A stretch of 64,000 bases of DNA from Bugula neritina (taxonomy: Eukaryota; Animalia; Bryozoa): positions 3,730,698 to 3,794,697 of the forward strand of contig OZ037765.1 in assembly GCA_964035545.1 (NCBI GenBank), read 5' to 3'. Made by a program: the position numbers and the translations under genes. A model generated the notes under the pieces. It was not told the DNA's origin and made no database searches. It worked only from the letters and a program-made list of their open reading frames with translations. Below, one piece after another: positions 13,601 through 25,088 of the stretch. The first letter of the stretch is position 1; each line of letters starts with the position of its first letter.

Positions 13601-14508
13601 CAATGAGCAAAAAACCACCATTTTAAAGAATATTATATTAAAATTGTTAAGGCCATGTTGTATCCAGCTGCCAAGATTAAGATTAACATTGACAAGTTTA
13701 TCATATTATGGAAAACTTGTTAAAAAATTCTATTAGCTTTGCAAATGGTAAAAAACCGTAGTGACTATAGTGTTGGTAAAAACTCTTAAATATAAGAACC
13801 AAATTTTTAACTAAAAAAATCTGATTGTTCTTCCAAAATTTCACTGATTATAATTGAAATCAAAATATTTACACAGACAAAAAATTTGCATAATTAACTA
13901 AAAAGTTAATTATTGTTGCAGTTGACATATTATTTTACAATTACCTCATCTGCCATAGTAGGTCTAATACCACAATTTTTTCAATACCCAAGTTCTTAAA
14001 GCTTCCTCAATTTAAAGCCAGCTTTTAAAAACAAGCTTTTACTGTAGGAATTTTTTATCTATTAAATGTGTTTAAGCTGTAGAAATGCTGGCGAGCTAAC
14101 CTTTAATCTCCAAAATTTCAATTTCAGGGGACATAATTTCTCCAGCATGTGTGTCATAAAGCAGACATTGCAGGCTCCCTCTCACATTTTTGTCAGTTAT
14201 TACCATCTCGATGTAAAAAGTGATGTTTTCATTTGCTCCAAGATTGCCACAGTCATAGTTTTGGACTTGTATTCCTTCAATAGCAAACAAATCGTTGTCC
14301 TCAATCAATTTTCTCCATTTGCCGCTATAAGTCCTGATGCATTCTATTGTATAAGCTTTCATACTGCTATTAAAAATTAAGTTTATTAGTTCTATATTTT
14401 TATAACCAACAGCAGTGCATCTAATCTGTGTCACAGTATTAGCATAAAAATCTGGAGAACCTTGAGAGTTATGAGCAATTTCCAATGAAGTCTCCTGTTC
14501 TGGTGTCA
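7468..14508 (-). CDS. Immunoglobulin-superfamily type I transmembrane receptor with ITAM/ITIM-like cytoplasmic repeats; exons 14101-14508, 12405-12515, 11664-11807, 10653-11039, 10228-10338, 9612-9752, 9271-9501, 8755-8934, 8370-8486, 7851-7955, 7468-7667; leader exon not located nearby
   Basis: All 11 exons have canonical AG/GT boundaries, start in phase 1 and join into an open frame of 2135 nt (about 711 aa). Paired Cys in each Ig-like domain; the membrane-proximal domain has the typical C...SNPP..FSW...C.A.N pattern; TM MAAVGGGVAGGCILLILNAALAFYVL followed by KIRR; three YTEL-x9-YDSV motifs; AATAAA on the minus strand at 7140-7145. Could be one gene or two tandem units. Confidence 0.85.
7851..7955 (-). 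CDS. IgSF receptor cytoplasmic exon: second YTEL-x9-YDSV cassette
   Basis: ttcacag/gtaagc boundaries, 105 nt; STSKAYADPAAYTELSVINNEEHKYDSVSNVKRSK. Confidence 0.85.
8370..8486 (-). CDS. IgSF receptor cytoplasmic exon: first YTEL-x9-YDSV cassette
   Basis: tgtccag/gtgagt boundaries, 117 nt; RNQLKLPAQSSSLTYTELSAVRRDEHCYDSVGDMKQQAA. Confidence 0.85.
8755..8934 (-). CDS. IgSF receptor stalk + transmembrane exon
   Basis: ttctgcag/gtacgt boundaries, 180 nt; hydrophobic segment with GxxxG-type motif and basic stop-transfer residues. Confidence 0.85.
9271..9501 (-). CDS. IgSF receptor membrane-proximal I/C2-set Ig exon
   Basis: 231 nt, phase 1-1; KLNCSQRLVSNPPLTTFSWMRQG...VVSCLAGNGI. Confidence 0.85.
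10004..10237. repeat. 21-bp minisatellite, about 11 copies, each containing the exon end and splice donor of exon 10228-10338
   Basis: Minus-strand unit TATATATACA-gtacgttgacc and variants; translates in frame as (S[TMVI]LTYIY)n. Confidence 0.95.
10653..11039 (-). CDS. V-like Ig domain exon (second in the receptor)
   Basis: 387 nt, phase 1-1; SQGSPDFY...FRCTVLG...KRGEFHC...QVKG; paralogous to 14101-14508 and 53146-53550. Confidence 0.85.
13148..13281 (-). CDS. Candidate alternative terminal exon: S/T-rich stalk + GPI-anchor-like C-terminus
   Basis: Acceptor tttattttag; phase-1 join to exon 14101-14508 gives DNSSSPTSSISKPTTTTLYVLHSSSATLVSSAIVFYNSLFFNII*. Confidence 0.5.
14101..14508 (-). CDS. 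V-like Ig domain exon (first in the receptor)
   Basis: 408 nt, phase 1-1; HNSQGSPDFY...IRCTAVG...VRGSLQC...EIKG. Confidence 0.85.
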
Positions 14509-14616
14509 CTAAAAACATAATATTTAAGATGAAGAACTATTATAGTGTAATCAAATGATAAAATTTCTATGTTATTAATATACACCAATGTAATAAAACA
14601 ACCAAATTTAGTACTT

Positions 14617-14889
14617 CAAGAATTTTTTGTCATATAGTATACTATATGACAAAAAATTCTTGCCAATTCAAATTTTCATGTACATTAATTGGTAATGTTA
14701 TATCTCTAAAATTTTAAATCAAGTATAACTATAGTTATACTTGATTTAAAATTTTAGAGATATAACATTACCAATTGGTAATGTTATATCTCTAAAATTT
14801 TAAATCAAGTATAACTATAGTTATACTTGATTTAAAATTTTAGAGATATAACATTACCAATTAATGTACATGAAAATTTGAATTGGCAA
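14617..14889. repeat. Nested perfect palindromes (46 bp at 14617-14662; 230 bp at 14660-14889 containing two internal palindromes of about 90 bp)
   Basis: Arms checked base by base; symmetry centres at 14639/14640, 14731/14732, 14774/14775 and 14817/14818. Confidence 0.95.
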
Positions 14890-15384
14890 TAATTTTACGA
14901 TGAACCTTTTCAAATTGCTCGGAAACAGGATATGTTTACAACCTAAAGAAAAATTGTATATTCAAACAAGCTGTGCTTCAACTTTAAAAAATTACGCTTA
15001 TAGAACATGAACCTTATTTTTAAGATGTAAACTTCTAGAAATGGACAAATATTACCAATATTAAATAAACTGGTTTTATGTGGCTTGAAGCATTGCATTA
15101 AAGTCATGCTAAAAACTGCTTCGAATGATTTTATAGATTCACAGCTTATTGCTTAATGTGTAAGATCAGCTTTTAGTGGTACATTAGCCTGTGTAGTCAA
15201 ATGTGTGGAGTAAACTCTTAGTCTAAATAAAGGGAATAATATTTAAAGCCGCAATAAATACATGAAAAGCAGTATTCAACTGCAGGTGAGGAATTTGAGG
15301 TAGCCTAAGATTGCTCAGAATATAAAAAACACAATTGGCCAAATATTAAAACTTTCAAATAAACATGTTTTTTGTAGAAATTTT

Positions 15385-15478
15385 TGCCTTCACTGCGAAT
15401 CAAACCTCAGACCTCCAACTTACAAGCCAAAGTGCTAACCATTATACTATGGGAGCTTCTGAGAAACCACAACACAAC
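15385..15478 (-). mobile_element. Degenerate tRNA-derived repeat, related to 17924-18020
   Basis: Shares cagacctcc.actt.caagc....ctaaccatt and the flank gagc.tctgag.aa..caacac with the 17.9-kb copy. Confidence 0.6.
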
Positions 15479-16495
15479 ACTGCCTAGCAACTCATAAGTA
15501 ACAAAGTGAAGTCACACCTCCAGGTTCTCATTATAGAATATGTTAAAAAAGTTTTGTTCTTAAATTAGAAATAGCAGCTGACAGACAGGCACAGCATGTG
15601 AAACACTCACTGTAAATACTAAACTTGCTGCATGACTTTATAGTTTCTAAGGGGAAACTCTCTGTATGCAAGGCTACAACCTGGTTACTAGCTATTAACA
15701 TTCTTCAAAACTTCTTATTTTCTAATTGAACAGAGTTTAAATTTACTATAAAAATGCAATAATTAAATATCAGCAATTATTATATGGAGCAAATGTTTCA
15801 GATATACAAGCACAGCATTTATACTTGACTAATGGTTAAGTTTCAAGCTAAGTTTATTATAAATGATAAAAGCTTCAGGATAAAGCTTGTTCCTAATAAT
15901 CATAGAGTAGCTTTATTGCAGTATTTATAGTATGAAAAACTGAAGTCTAAAACCAACACAGTGCAAGTAATATTCTGTTAAAATTGTACTCCAGTTAGAG
16001 ACTGCGTATGCTGCTGCCTAGCTTTGATACTTATATAATCAGATTCCAATATTATTAGGGCAGGGACAACAATAAATATTCTTTATAATATAATCACAAT
16101 TAGATAAGGGCATAAGCTATCATGGAGATAGCTATCTGTTTACTCATAGGTTATTAAAAAGCTTTAAAAGTAAAACTATCATCAATAAACTTCTCAAAAC
16201 GACATTACTGTAGTGTTTGACTGAAAGTAGAACTGCAAAAGTTTTGTGGAAGTTTAAGTTATCCAAGTTTGGAAAAAACCTTCTGTCTAAATGTCATACA
16301 ATGCAGCATGCAGATAAATGCATAACAGAGCTTTCAGAAAAAGTTGAAATTTGTTAAAAAAGCACATGAAGCTATATATTCACTTGTCTCTTTAATCAAG
16401 TGAAAGGTTATATTATACTTGCTTGTTGTAAACAGTAGATCTAGCTATAAACAAAATTTCACAATTTATTAGTACATTACACCTTTAACTTATAG

Positions 16496-16730
16496 AGAGC
16501 AGCTGTAGTTTAGGGGTCAGCTAAAGCACCGGCTTGGTAAACCAGTAGTCATGGGTTTGAGCCCCAGTAAAGGCTAATGGCGATGTTAGGAAGAGCATCC
16601 AGTCATAGTTACTCCTGTGTCGAATATAAATAAGTCCTTAGCCTGTTTAACAAAAAAACTCTTTCCCTCAGGGGCTTCCCACAGGGATAGTGACTATAAA
16701 CTTCCTTGAATAAGCTTATAGCTAAAAGGA
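16496..16730 (+). mobile_element. tRNA-derived SINE
   Basis: A-box/B-box-like head (gtagtttagggg...gggtttgagcccc) followed by gatgttaggaagagcatccagtcata..t.ctcctgtg; a second copy lies in reverse orientation at 60.6-60.7 kb. 3' end approximate. Confidence 0.75.
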
Positions 16731-17923
16731 ATTATCAGTTAGACTTATAAAAGTATTTAGTAATTTATTACCTTCTATTTGTAGAAAACAAATCTTGACA
16801 TTATCAAAATATTATTTTCTAAGATGTTTGATAGCAACTATATCTTGTTTCTAACATTCAATAAATTTATCAAATACTGAATGATGTTAAATAGAATTCA
16901 AGTTTTTCACCAAGTCAACTGTTTATTTCAAAGTTAAGAAGATAGCAGTAAAGTTTTAGTAACACTTTTTGAGCTTTGTGATATGAAAACAAGGTTAACT
17001 GTTTTTGAAAATGGAATATGATATTATGTAATGCCAATACATTTTGTTTACAAGTGATTTATGTTACCAGTTTCAGATGAGAACAATATTGGAAATGTGT
17101 TGACCTGCAAGCAAAAGTCTTAAACCCCCTTTATTCAAGACTGACTACAATATTGCTCCAATAAAACTATTACAATAATCAGTGTTGTCATAGCAAATAA
17201 ATTAGTTTAAATTAATATTCTGAAAAGATTATATTACAAAATGGCTATAAAATATAACCTCTATATCAAAATATTTCCTTATAGTGAATCTTAGACAAAT
17301 TCAAACATTCTTATTTAATGATAACAATAGTTTTTATTTATAGCAGCTAGTATAGTTGTAAGATATTGTAAATAAATTACTCTAAGTTCTATACTGAATT
17401 GTTTTCTAGATCTGCTGTTGGTTATAGCTGGAATTAAGTGCACTAAGTAACATGACAATAGGGGGGGGGGGGAGGGAGGTGACTCAAACTAGACTTTTTC
17501 TAAAGGTTAAGTGGGTAGGAACTCATTACACTGCTTAAAACCTCCTGGCTGAAATTTATTTTTTTGATTATAATTATATCACTTGTAATGCAATTAAAAA
17601 TATAATGCACTGCTCTACCTATACATATACTTATTACTATATGCAGCTAGTCACTATTGTTTGTGATAGGTAAAGTACACATGTTCCCACAGGTATGATA
17701 TTATAGTGTTGGCAGCAATCTTAGCAGCTGAGAATATGGATGCTAGTTTCAAAGCCAATATGATAAAGTTATATGTCCTAATCAATAGCCATGAACATAA
17801 TAGCATGGCTCCAAAAGCGCAACATAAATGCAAGAAATGTTTCAACTTTTTGTTCAAGTTAAAAAAGAAAATATCTCAGTGGTAGGGTTGTAACAGAATA
17901 TTTATACTTGGGAGCTATATATA

Positions 17924-18020
17924 TGCCTGAACTGGGATTTGAACCGCAGACCTCCGACTTGCAAGCAGGCACACTAACCATTTTACCACTGGGGCTACTG
18001 AGTAAACTCAACACTACAGG
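17924..18020 (-). mobile_element. tRNA(Ala, TGC)-like pseudogene/SINE head
   Basis: Minus strand TGGTAAAATGG (A box), loop CTTGCAA, GGTTCAAATCCC (B box); acceptor stem does not pair well, so not called a functional tRNA. Confidence 0.6.
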
Positions 18021-18899
18021 TTCAACATGTAAAAGTTGGTTAATCAGTGCAGGAACTTATAATAGTAGATATAAGTTTAAGTATATGTGGTCAGTTGAGG
18101 AAAATATAAGTGATGATATACTTAGACATCTTTAGTCACGTGAAGCAATAACACAAGTTACTGTATGCCTATTTGAGACTTGTACCAGGAGCAACTATAC
18201 TAAAGTCACAGTCATATACACTACCTAACATTATTTTCATATTTTTCAAGTTCCAAGTCTGATACAGTCAGTGTAGAGATGTTTGTTTTCTTATCACTAT
18301 TTAGGAAAGTATGTATAATAGGAATCTTGAAATATAAATACTAATTCCCAAAATACAGAGGGAGGACAATTCTACAAGTTTTATTAATTTTCTACACAGT
18401 GCATACATAATGCCAGAACATACTACCAGGCAAACTAAGCTGCTGACACAGTTGTCAAGGTCACATTTATGGCTTTCAGACTTTAGACCACACACAGAGG
18501 TATGTTTCAGTTGCAGCCTGCGAGTAGAAGCTTTCAGCATGTTATACTTGTTCTTAACTATAATTCAACTTGAAATGCTGATAAATTGTACTTTTATTGG
18601 TTAAAAATGAGATGCTTATTGGCTGACGATTACGTTCTTTGATAGCTTACAACGCAGGCCATTATATCACAGGTAATGTGCACACAACTCCCATGACGTC
18701 AAAGCAGCTAGTTGCATGCTGCAGTGTGGCCAGGAAAGTTGGCAGGGTGCCAGATTAAGCCAGTTTTAAGGCTGCTACGTTTAATATTGAGGTAAAAGGA
18801 GTCAAGTTTATATAATTCCTGTGTTAACAGGTTGGGTCAATTGAAAAGGTACAAACTGAAACTATCTCATAAACTTGACATAAACTACCTTGACCTTAT

Positions 18900-21800
18900 A
18901 AGGTTTAGCCTCTCTCAAGAGGAAAGGCCTTCCAACAGACTAGACTTCCTGTATATTAGCTCTATTTTTAGATAAACTCAGAACCATCTGTGATGTCAAG
19001 AGGGGCACCTGCCCTACTTGGAGACCCCCCCCAGAGACACAGTCTGTTGCCTGCTTAAAGCCACTATACACACAGGAAATGTGGAAACTTCAAATAGACA
19101 TGAGTGTTAGCTAAGAATGCAGGCTACTCACACTTTACAGGGGGTCTAGAGTACCTTCTTTAAAGATGTCTAAACCAACTTTCACTCTCAGGCTATTACT
19201 AGAACCATGCAAAATTTTTTATTTGTCCTCTAAGCAGCTCTGAGTTGGGGGTTTAAGTTGGCCCCCCCAACTCCAAACTTGAGAGCCTCAAACTACTGCA
19301 CTCAGTCACCTCCATCTCTGAGCTGCTAATAGAATGATTAAAATTTCTTACGAACTTTACTGTTACTCCAACTCTCTCACCAATACTCTTACTTCCATGT
19401 CTACCTCTACCACTACTTAGTCTGTTTAGAGTAGTTCTACCTTGTTTGTCTTTCCTATCGTGCATGACTAACTTTATCAAATATCTGTTTTACAACTAAA
19501 TACTGCCAATGCAGCTGTAAACAAAGCACTTCCTGTCATAACTACTATATACAAGCTTCTTACGATTATAATAGAATTCATCCTGTTATATAGATGAGTA
19601 TATATTTATATTTCTTGAGCTCATAGACTGTCTTCCACTACTATCAATTTTTCCAACAAATGAACTTCCAATTATTCATTCTGAATCAAAGCTTCTGGAA
19701 ACATTATTTCCAGAGTAATCTTCTCTATTAGTATAACTGTTTCTATTATAATTATTCTCAAAACTGAGTCTAGCTATTCTATACATACTACTTTAAGGAA
19801 ATTGTCTACTGCCTTTTGATTCCTACAACTGCATTTCCTAAATAAATAATTATTTGTGGTGTACACCATAGCACAGCAGTAAATTAATCTTAAAGCTAAT
19901 TATTTCTATACAGCGCATAGGTTTTACTAAGTTTGAAACAATAATTAACTCATTTAAAGTTAGAGCTACTGCAAAGCTTTTATAAGCCTCTCACAATACT
20001 GCACTAATATTCTAATTAGCTTTTTCATTCTTAAGTTAGCCCTTCATAAAAGCATTTATTAATTCACATTATTCTACGAAATATCTAATACTCTGACATA
20101 CCCATTATATCCTTCACAGCACGCTGTCAACCTACTGACTGCAGCAGCTCTAAACTATCTGAACCACTGACACAATATTCTGCTGGCATTTCTATTTCTC
20201 CCACTCCTCTACACATCTACCTTATACTGCAGTCAACACTTATACTTCTTTCATTCACTAAATAGAATATACAACACCTCATATTATGCTGTTTACCATT
20301 CAATTTATTATCATTCTTCTAATACATTTCAAATTCTAGTCTTATTTAATCTTATGTAATTGAATGCATACTTTAAGTTTGAGATGCTTGCTGTACTATG
20401 AGCTAGACATTAACATATTCACATATAGTATGTATTATCCTTGCTATTTAGATTATGTTATTGTATTTTGGAGTTATCTTGTCATAATTACATTGCTACT
20501 CTGTTCGTCATGTGGTTATGTTTTTATATGGTAGGAGCTACAAACTAATAGAGATAAACCAACAACAGTCTAGATACATGGTTTATACTGGATACACTCA
20601 CCTAACATGAGGTGTACATGCGTAAAAAAATAGATTTGGAAGGGATAATATAATGTATGTGAAAGGAGCTAGTGGACAGGTTTACTAGCGGAAGAAAAAA
20701 ACTCCAAACTACTTTATACAACAGATTTAAATAGTTTAAAATTGTTACAGTAGGTAGGTTTGACCTGGATTCTGTAGAAAGTTACAGGTGAACCAGATTA
20801 TTGAATATTTAAAGAAACTTTATGCTGTGGGAAGTGATTCTTATGTAAGGAGTAATAACATTGGTTTTGGTGTCAGAAGCTGAAGGTAAAAGGGCAGATG
20901 ATTACAAAGAGTTTAGAGGTCAAGTAATATACCAGAGTGAGAATAATGAAGAGGTTAAGCAATGCTATGCTGTAACACTATGGTTGTAAATGATGTAGGT
21001 TTAGGAAAATTTATGCTGTATAGATATTATATTTAACTTAACATTGACTGACTGCAAAGCTAAAATAAGGCAAACACTTATCTATTAAGAAAGAGTAAGT
21101 TTTGAAATAAAAGTTGGCTAGAAGAAAGTGCAATTGAATACTATTAATAGTATCTAGGTAAACAAAAACATAAAATTTTAAAAGATTTGACAGAAAACAA
21201 ATTGACAATTTATATGCTAAAAACAAAGTAAAAGTTGGAGGTATTTAATGTAATTGTAGGTCAAAGAAATGCATATTTTCTAAAACATTACAAAATGCTC
21301 ATTCTAATTGTAAGAAGTGTGACCATCGTGTCAGGAAATGCCTAATTTTGTATGTTCAAGTTTCTACTGTATGGGACACAGTCGAAGAGATTGTTCAGTT
21401 GAGAATTATGGCTATGATAGACAACATTAAGGATAGTTGCAGCTGGAGAGATAAACAAAGTAGATATATTCTGAATGGACTGAGTAGAGATAGAGATAGA
21501 CGTGGTGAGAGTAGTGATGGGAGAGTTGAAGGTGATATAAGTAATGAGTGTAAGAAGTTTAGTTTTCATGAAAAATTGAGGTGAAAAGTTGGCACTCTTG
21601 AAGGGTTGAGTATGCTACCCCCCTCCTGTAAGATATGAGTAGCCTGTGATTTTGGCTGCAGATCTGAATTTGGCAAACATGCAGTGCATTTATCCAACAA
21701 TAACTGAGTGAAAGTGACTGACAAACAGTTCAAGGTGGCTGCATGGCAAGCAGCTCAAAGTGGCCCAACATTTGGTTTAAACCAGCTGAGTTTAAAAAAC

Positions 21801-21900
21801 AATGATTAAAGGTTCAGCTAAATCCTGGCATCGCAGAAGCAATGAAATTGTAAATAATGAAAGTTATGCTGACAAGACAGCTGAAAGGTGAAGGTCAGCT
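18900..21900. mobile_element. Heavily decayed retroelement-like debris
   Basis: Purine-skewed blocks with broken short ORFs and no intact domain; family not assignable by eye. Confidence 0.3.
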
Positions 21901-24900
21901 ACTAGTAACAGTATTATAATAATATTCCAAGAAGATTAGGAGTTGTCTGATCAATGAACTCAACTGCAGATTGTAACCAACTGTAGGTTAAAACACAGTG
22001 AATTTTATTATAATGCTGAATGGTGCACAGAATTGCAATCTGGTGAGACAAGCAAATTAAATCTTAGTTCAAATTAAAAATTTTAGTTTAAAATAAATGT
22101 AGCCAACAAATGTAATAATAATTATTGTACTGCCTCTTTGGGAATAATGAGAGGCTACGTTTGACAACCTCTATTCATACCATAACTATGCTCTGCACCC
22201 CTTTGATTATAGCTTAACGCACCATTAGATTCAGTCTGTTCGATACGAAATACTATAGTTAGCTATCTCAGTAGTCTACTGCAGCTCTCCTGGTCACAAA
22301 CTATTGTGGAGCTCTACTGAGCACTTAGAAAGTACAAACATTTGAAAAGGCGCAGCAAGTATTATATGAACCTATATATAAGCCAGCTTCAGAAACAAAC
22401 TATTTTTGTAGAAACATTTACTGCTTGCAAATAAATTAAAACCTCCATTTATATATTTGAGCTTACTTTTCCTCAAAATAATTTTTGAAAGTTCAAATAG
22501 CCATGAATATTAAATTAAAAGATAAATGAAGTATCTACTGTAGCCAATGTAAACAATCTTAAAAAATGTCTACTAAATTGTCCCAGCAGGGTGCCAGTGT
22601 CTAGAAATATGGCTATAGAGAATGTGATAATGAGTGCAAAATTGCAAAAACAGGTGCAGAGATAGAAAAGTTCCAAAAGGCTGTGTTCAAAGTAGAAACC
22701 GTATTAAAGAAGTTATGCTCTCATTTTCAACCTGCAAACAAAACCAGGACTTCTAAGAACAATTGGAAAACTTTGACTATTGAAATCTTTCTGTTATGGC
22801 AGTTGAGAGCAAATCATAGCAGCATACTGAAACTTAGTATACTTGAGCAGCTATTGAAGGATATATTCTATATGTATACTATAACTTTCTGCGTAAGCAT
22901 TAACACCAGCAACAAGGCATATAATATGTAGACAACTTTATTCTAATGGAACTATTGAAGCCTACTTTTCTAGAAACAGCAAAGGGCGCAATATAGCTTC
23001 TCTCCATAGATTAATCTAGTAATCTCATGCTAAAATCTATTATTCGGGTCAAAATATTTCTATAATAATTACAGCAAAACACTTTCAAAGCAGTTAATTT
23101 TCGTCAAACTGAAGATGTGGACTCAGGAATTATATGGAGAGTAAAGGAAAAGTACGCCAACCTGTAAGAGCTAGTGGTTAAATGGACGAAGGCAACTCCA
23201 ACATGACATTCAAGTTTATGCCAGCAGTGGGAGATGTAAACTTTGTGTAGTAGCTAATGTTATGAAGGGAAAACACATTCTATATCATGGCTGCTCCACA
23301 AATAAACTACCCAGCAAGCTGGTAGTAATACATGTCAGTATCTTCTCACCTCTATGTGTTCACGGAGGTGCCAAGTGATGCCTAATGGTGATTACTTAGG
23401 ATAAAAATATAACTCTTTCAGTGTAGTTAAATCAACAAGTTATAGAAAATATAAAACTTTTGCCCCCACATTTAGGTTATATCAAATTGAATGAGTCCTT
23501 CTTTTCTTTTAAACCTATTAAATAATTTTGTCTCTTTTGAAATAAAACAATCACCATCTAGGTTGTGTTGGTCCCTTCTGAAATATAGTTTGATATTATA
23601 CAGGTTCATGAGGTTGCAGTGGATGTATAAACAAGGTTCTGAAAAATAGCGGTGTTGGTGAAAAAAAACAAAACTTATTAGCAATCCCAACACTGATTCT
23701 AAGTTTAGCTAGAGTTGCAGTGCTAATTAGTCAATGTTTATACCTTTTTAACATTAAAAAATCAATTCAGAGTATCCAAGAATAAATTAAGATATTTAAA
23801 AGAAACCAAGGCAGAGGGACATGAAGAGGGATAATGCTGATGTATGATGTAGCAACAAGCTTGTTCTTATGACTGAGAAAACAATAAAAACAGCAGATAA
23901 ATTGGCTAATAAATTAATTTGGAAAGGAGGGAGGCCACTCTATTTGTAGTTTAGCCTAATAGTCAGCCAATATGTTGTTAGAGCTATTTTGCTAAAACAA
24001 TAATGTCAAAGATATTTTGTAAGTGCACTACATGTTAATTAGAATAGCCGAGCAAGAAGGAAGCTAAAAAGGTTATACTGTATTGTATTGGAGTTATGAC
24101 ATCATGGTTTCTGGTACAGCTGTTAAAAGCTTTGCGATAGGTGAGAAGTGAATTGGATCTTTAATTCAGCCATTAAAATACTGTAAAATTTGCAGTTATA
24201 TACTAAAGTAAAACAGTAGTAAACAGTACCATGTGCCTACACATTTTTTACTGCACACTAAACGTAACTGGGAGCTATTCATACTAACCAATCACCTCTC
24301 AAATGATATTGACTTTCCATACTGAAGCCTTGTACTGCTCATTCACTAAAAAGTAGGATGTAAAGCTGCTCACTAAAACACTGAGCAGCTACAATGAAAC
24401 TGTATAGTGTATTCATAACTCTCTCACTTGGAGTAGTAGTAGTAGTAACAGCCAGTAGCCGCTGTGTTTTACCTAGGAAATCCAATATAACAACAGAAGG
24501 GAATGTGTATCATGAAAAGAGCAACATAGTTAAACGTCAAGTCTTGGATTTTTTATGTAACTTGTAAGTGCTTTAAATAATTCTGAATAACAGAAGTAAT
24601 GGGAATAAGAGAAACTTGCGGCAGTTTAAAGCCACTTAATTTTTCATTTTAGGCATTGCTCTAATTTCGTTTTGTTATGATCCATTACACGAGCATTTTT
24701 GAAAATACAAACAGTTTTAACAGATTCTGTGCCAGCTCTATATCTTTAAAATACTTTTTGCCCAAAAAAATTTCTAGGAATTTTAATTTAGGTAAAATTT
24801 TGAACTTTCCTATTTTAGCCTCATCAATGTTAAAGTCTAGACTTGACATTGAATTAATGAAATACTTATTTATTTGCTTATCCAAATTTTTATAAAAGAG

Positions 24901-25088
24901 ATTCCTTATTCTTTAGAATTCACGCAGCATTATGTTTGGCTGTTCCTATTAGATAACTGTATTCACCTGGTTTCCCATTTATTATTGATTCTTTGAACTG
25001 ATTCTATATTCCTCAGCTGGTTTGATCAGAAAGATGTGGTTAGCTCAACTATTTGTTTACATATGTTATTATTGTAGCTACAGCCCAA

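Noticed and set aside
14066-14380. Plus-strand 104-aa ORF (and similarly 25774-26097 minus, 53287-53469 plus)
   Set aside because: Antisense shadows of real exons on the opposite strand.
17924-17998. Functional tRNA-Ala gene
   Set aside because: Acceptor and anticodon stems pair poorly and a more decayed related copy lies nearby; treated as a repeat.
17654-18540. Hydrophobic minus-strand ORFs as leader or TM exons of the Ig receptor
   Set aside because: No convincing ATG plus phase-1 donor combination; the ELSSLC/ELSTLC match is too short.
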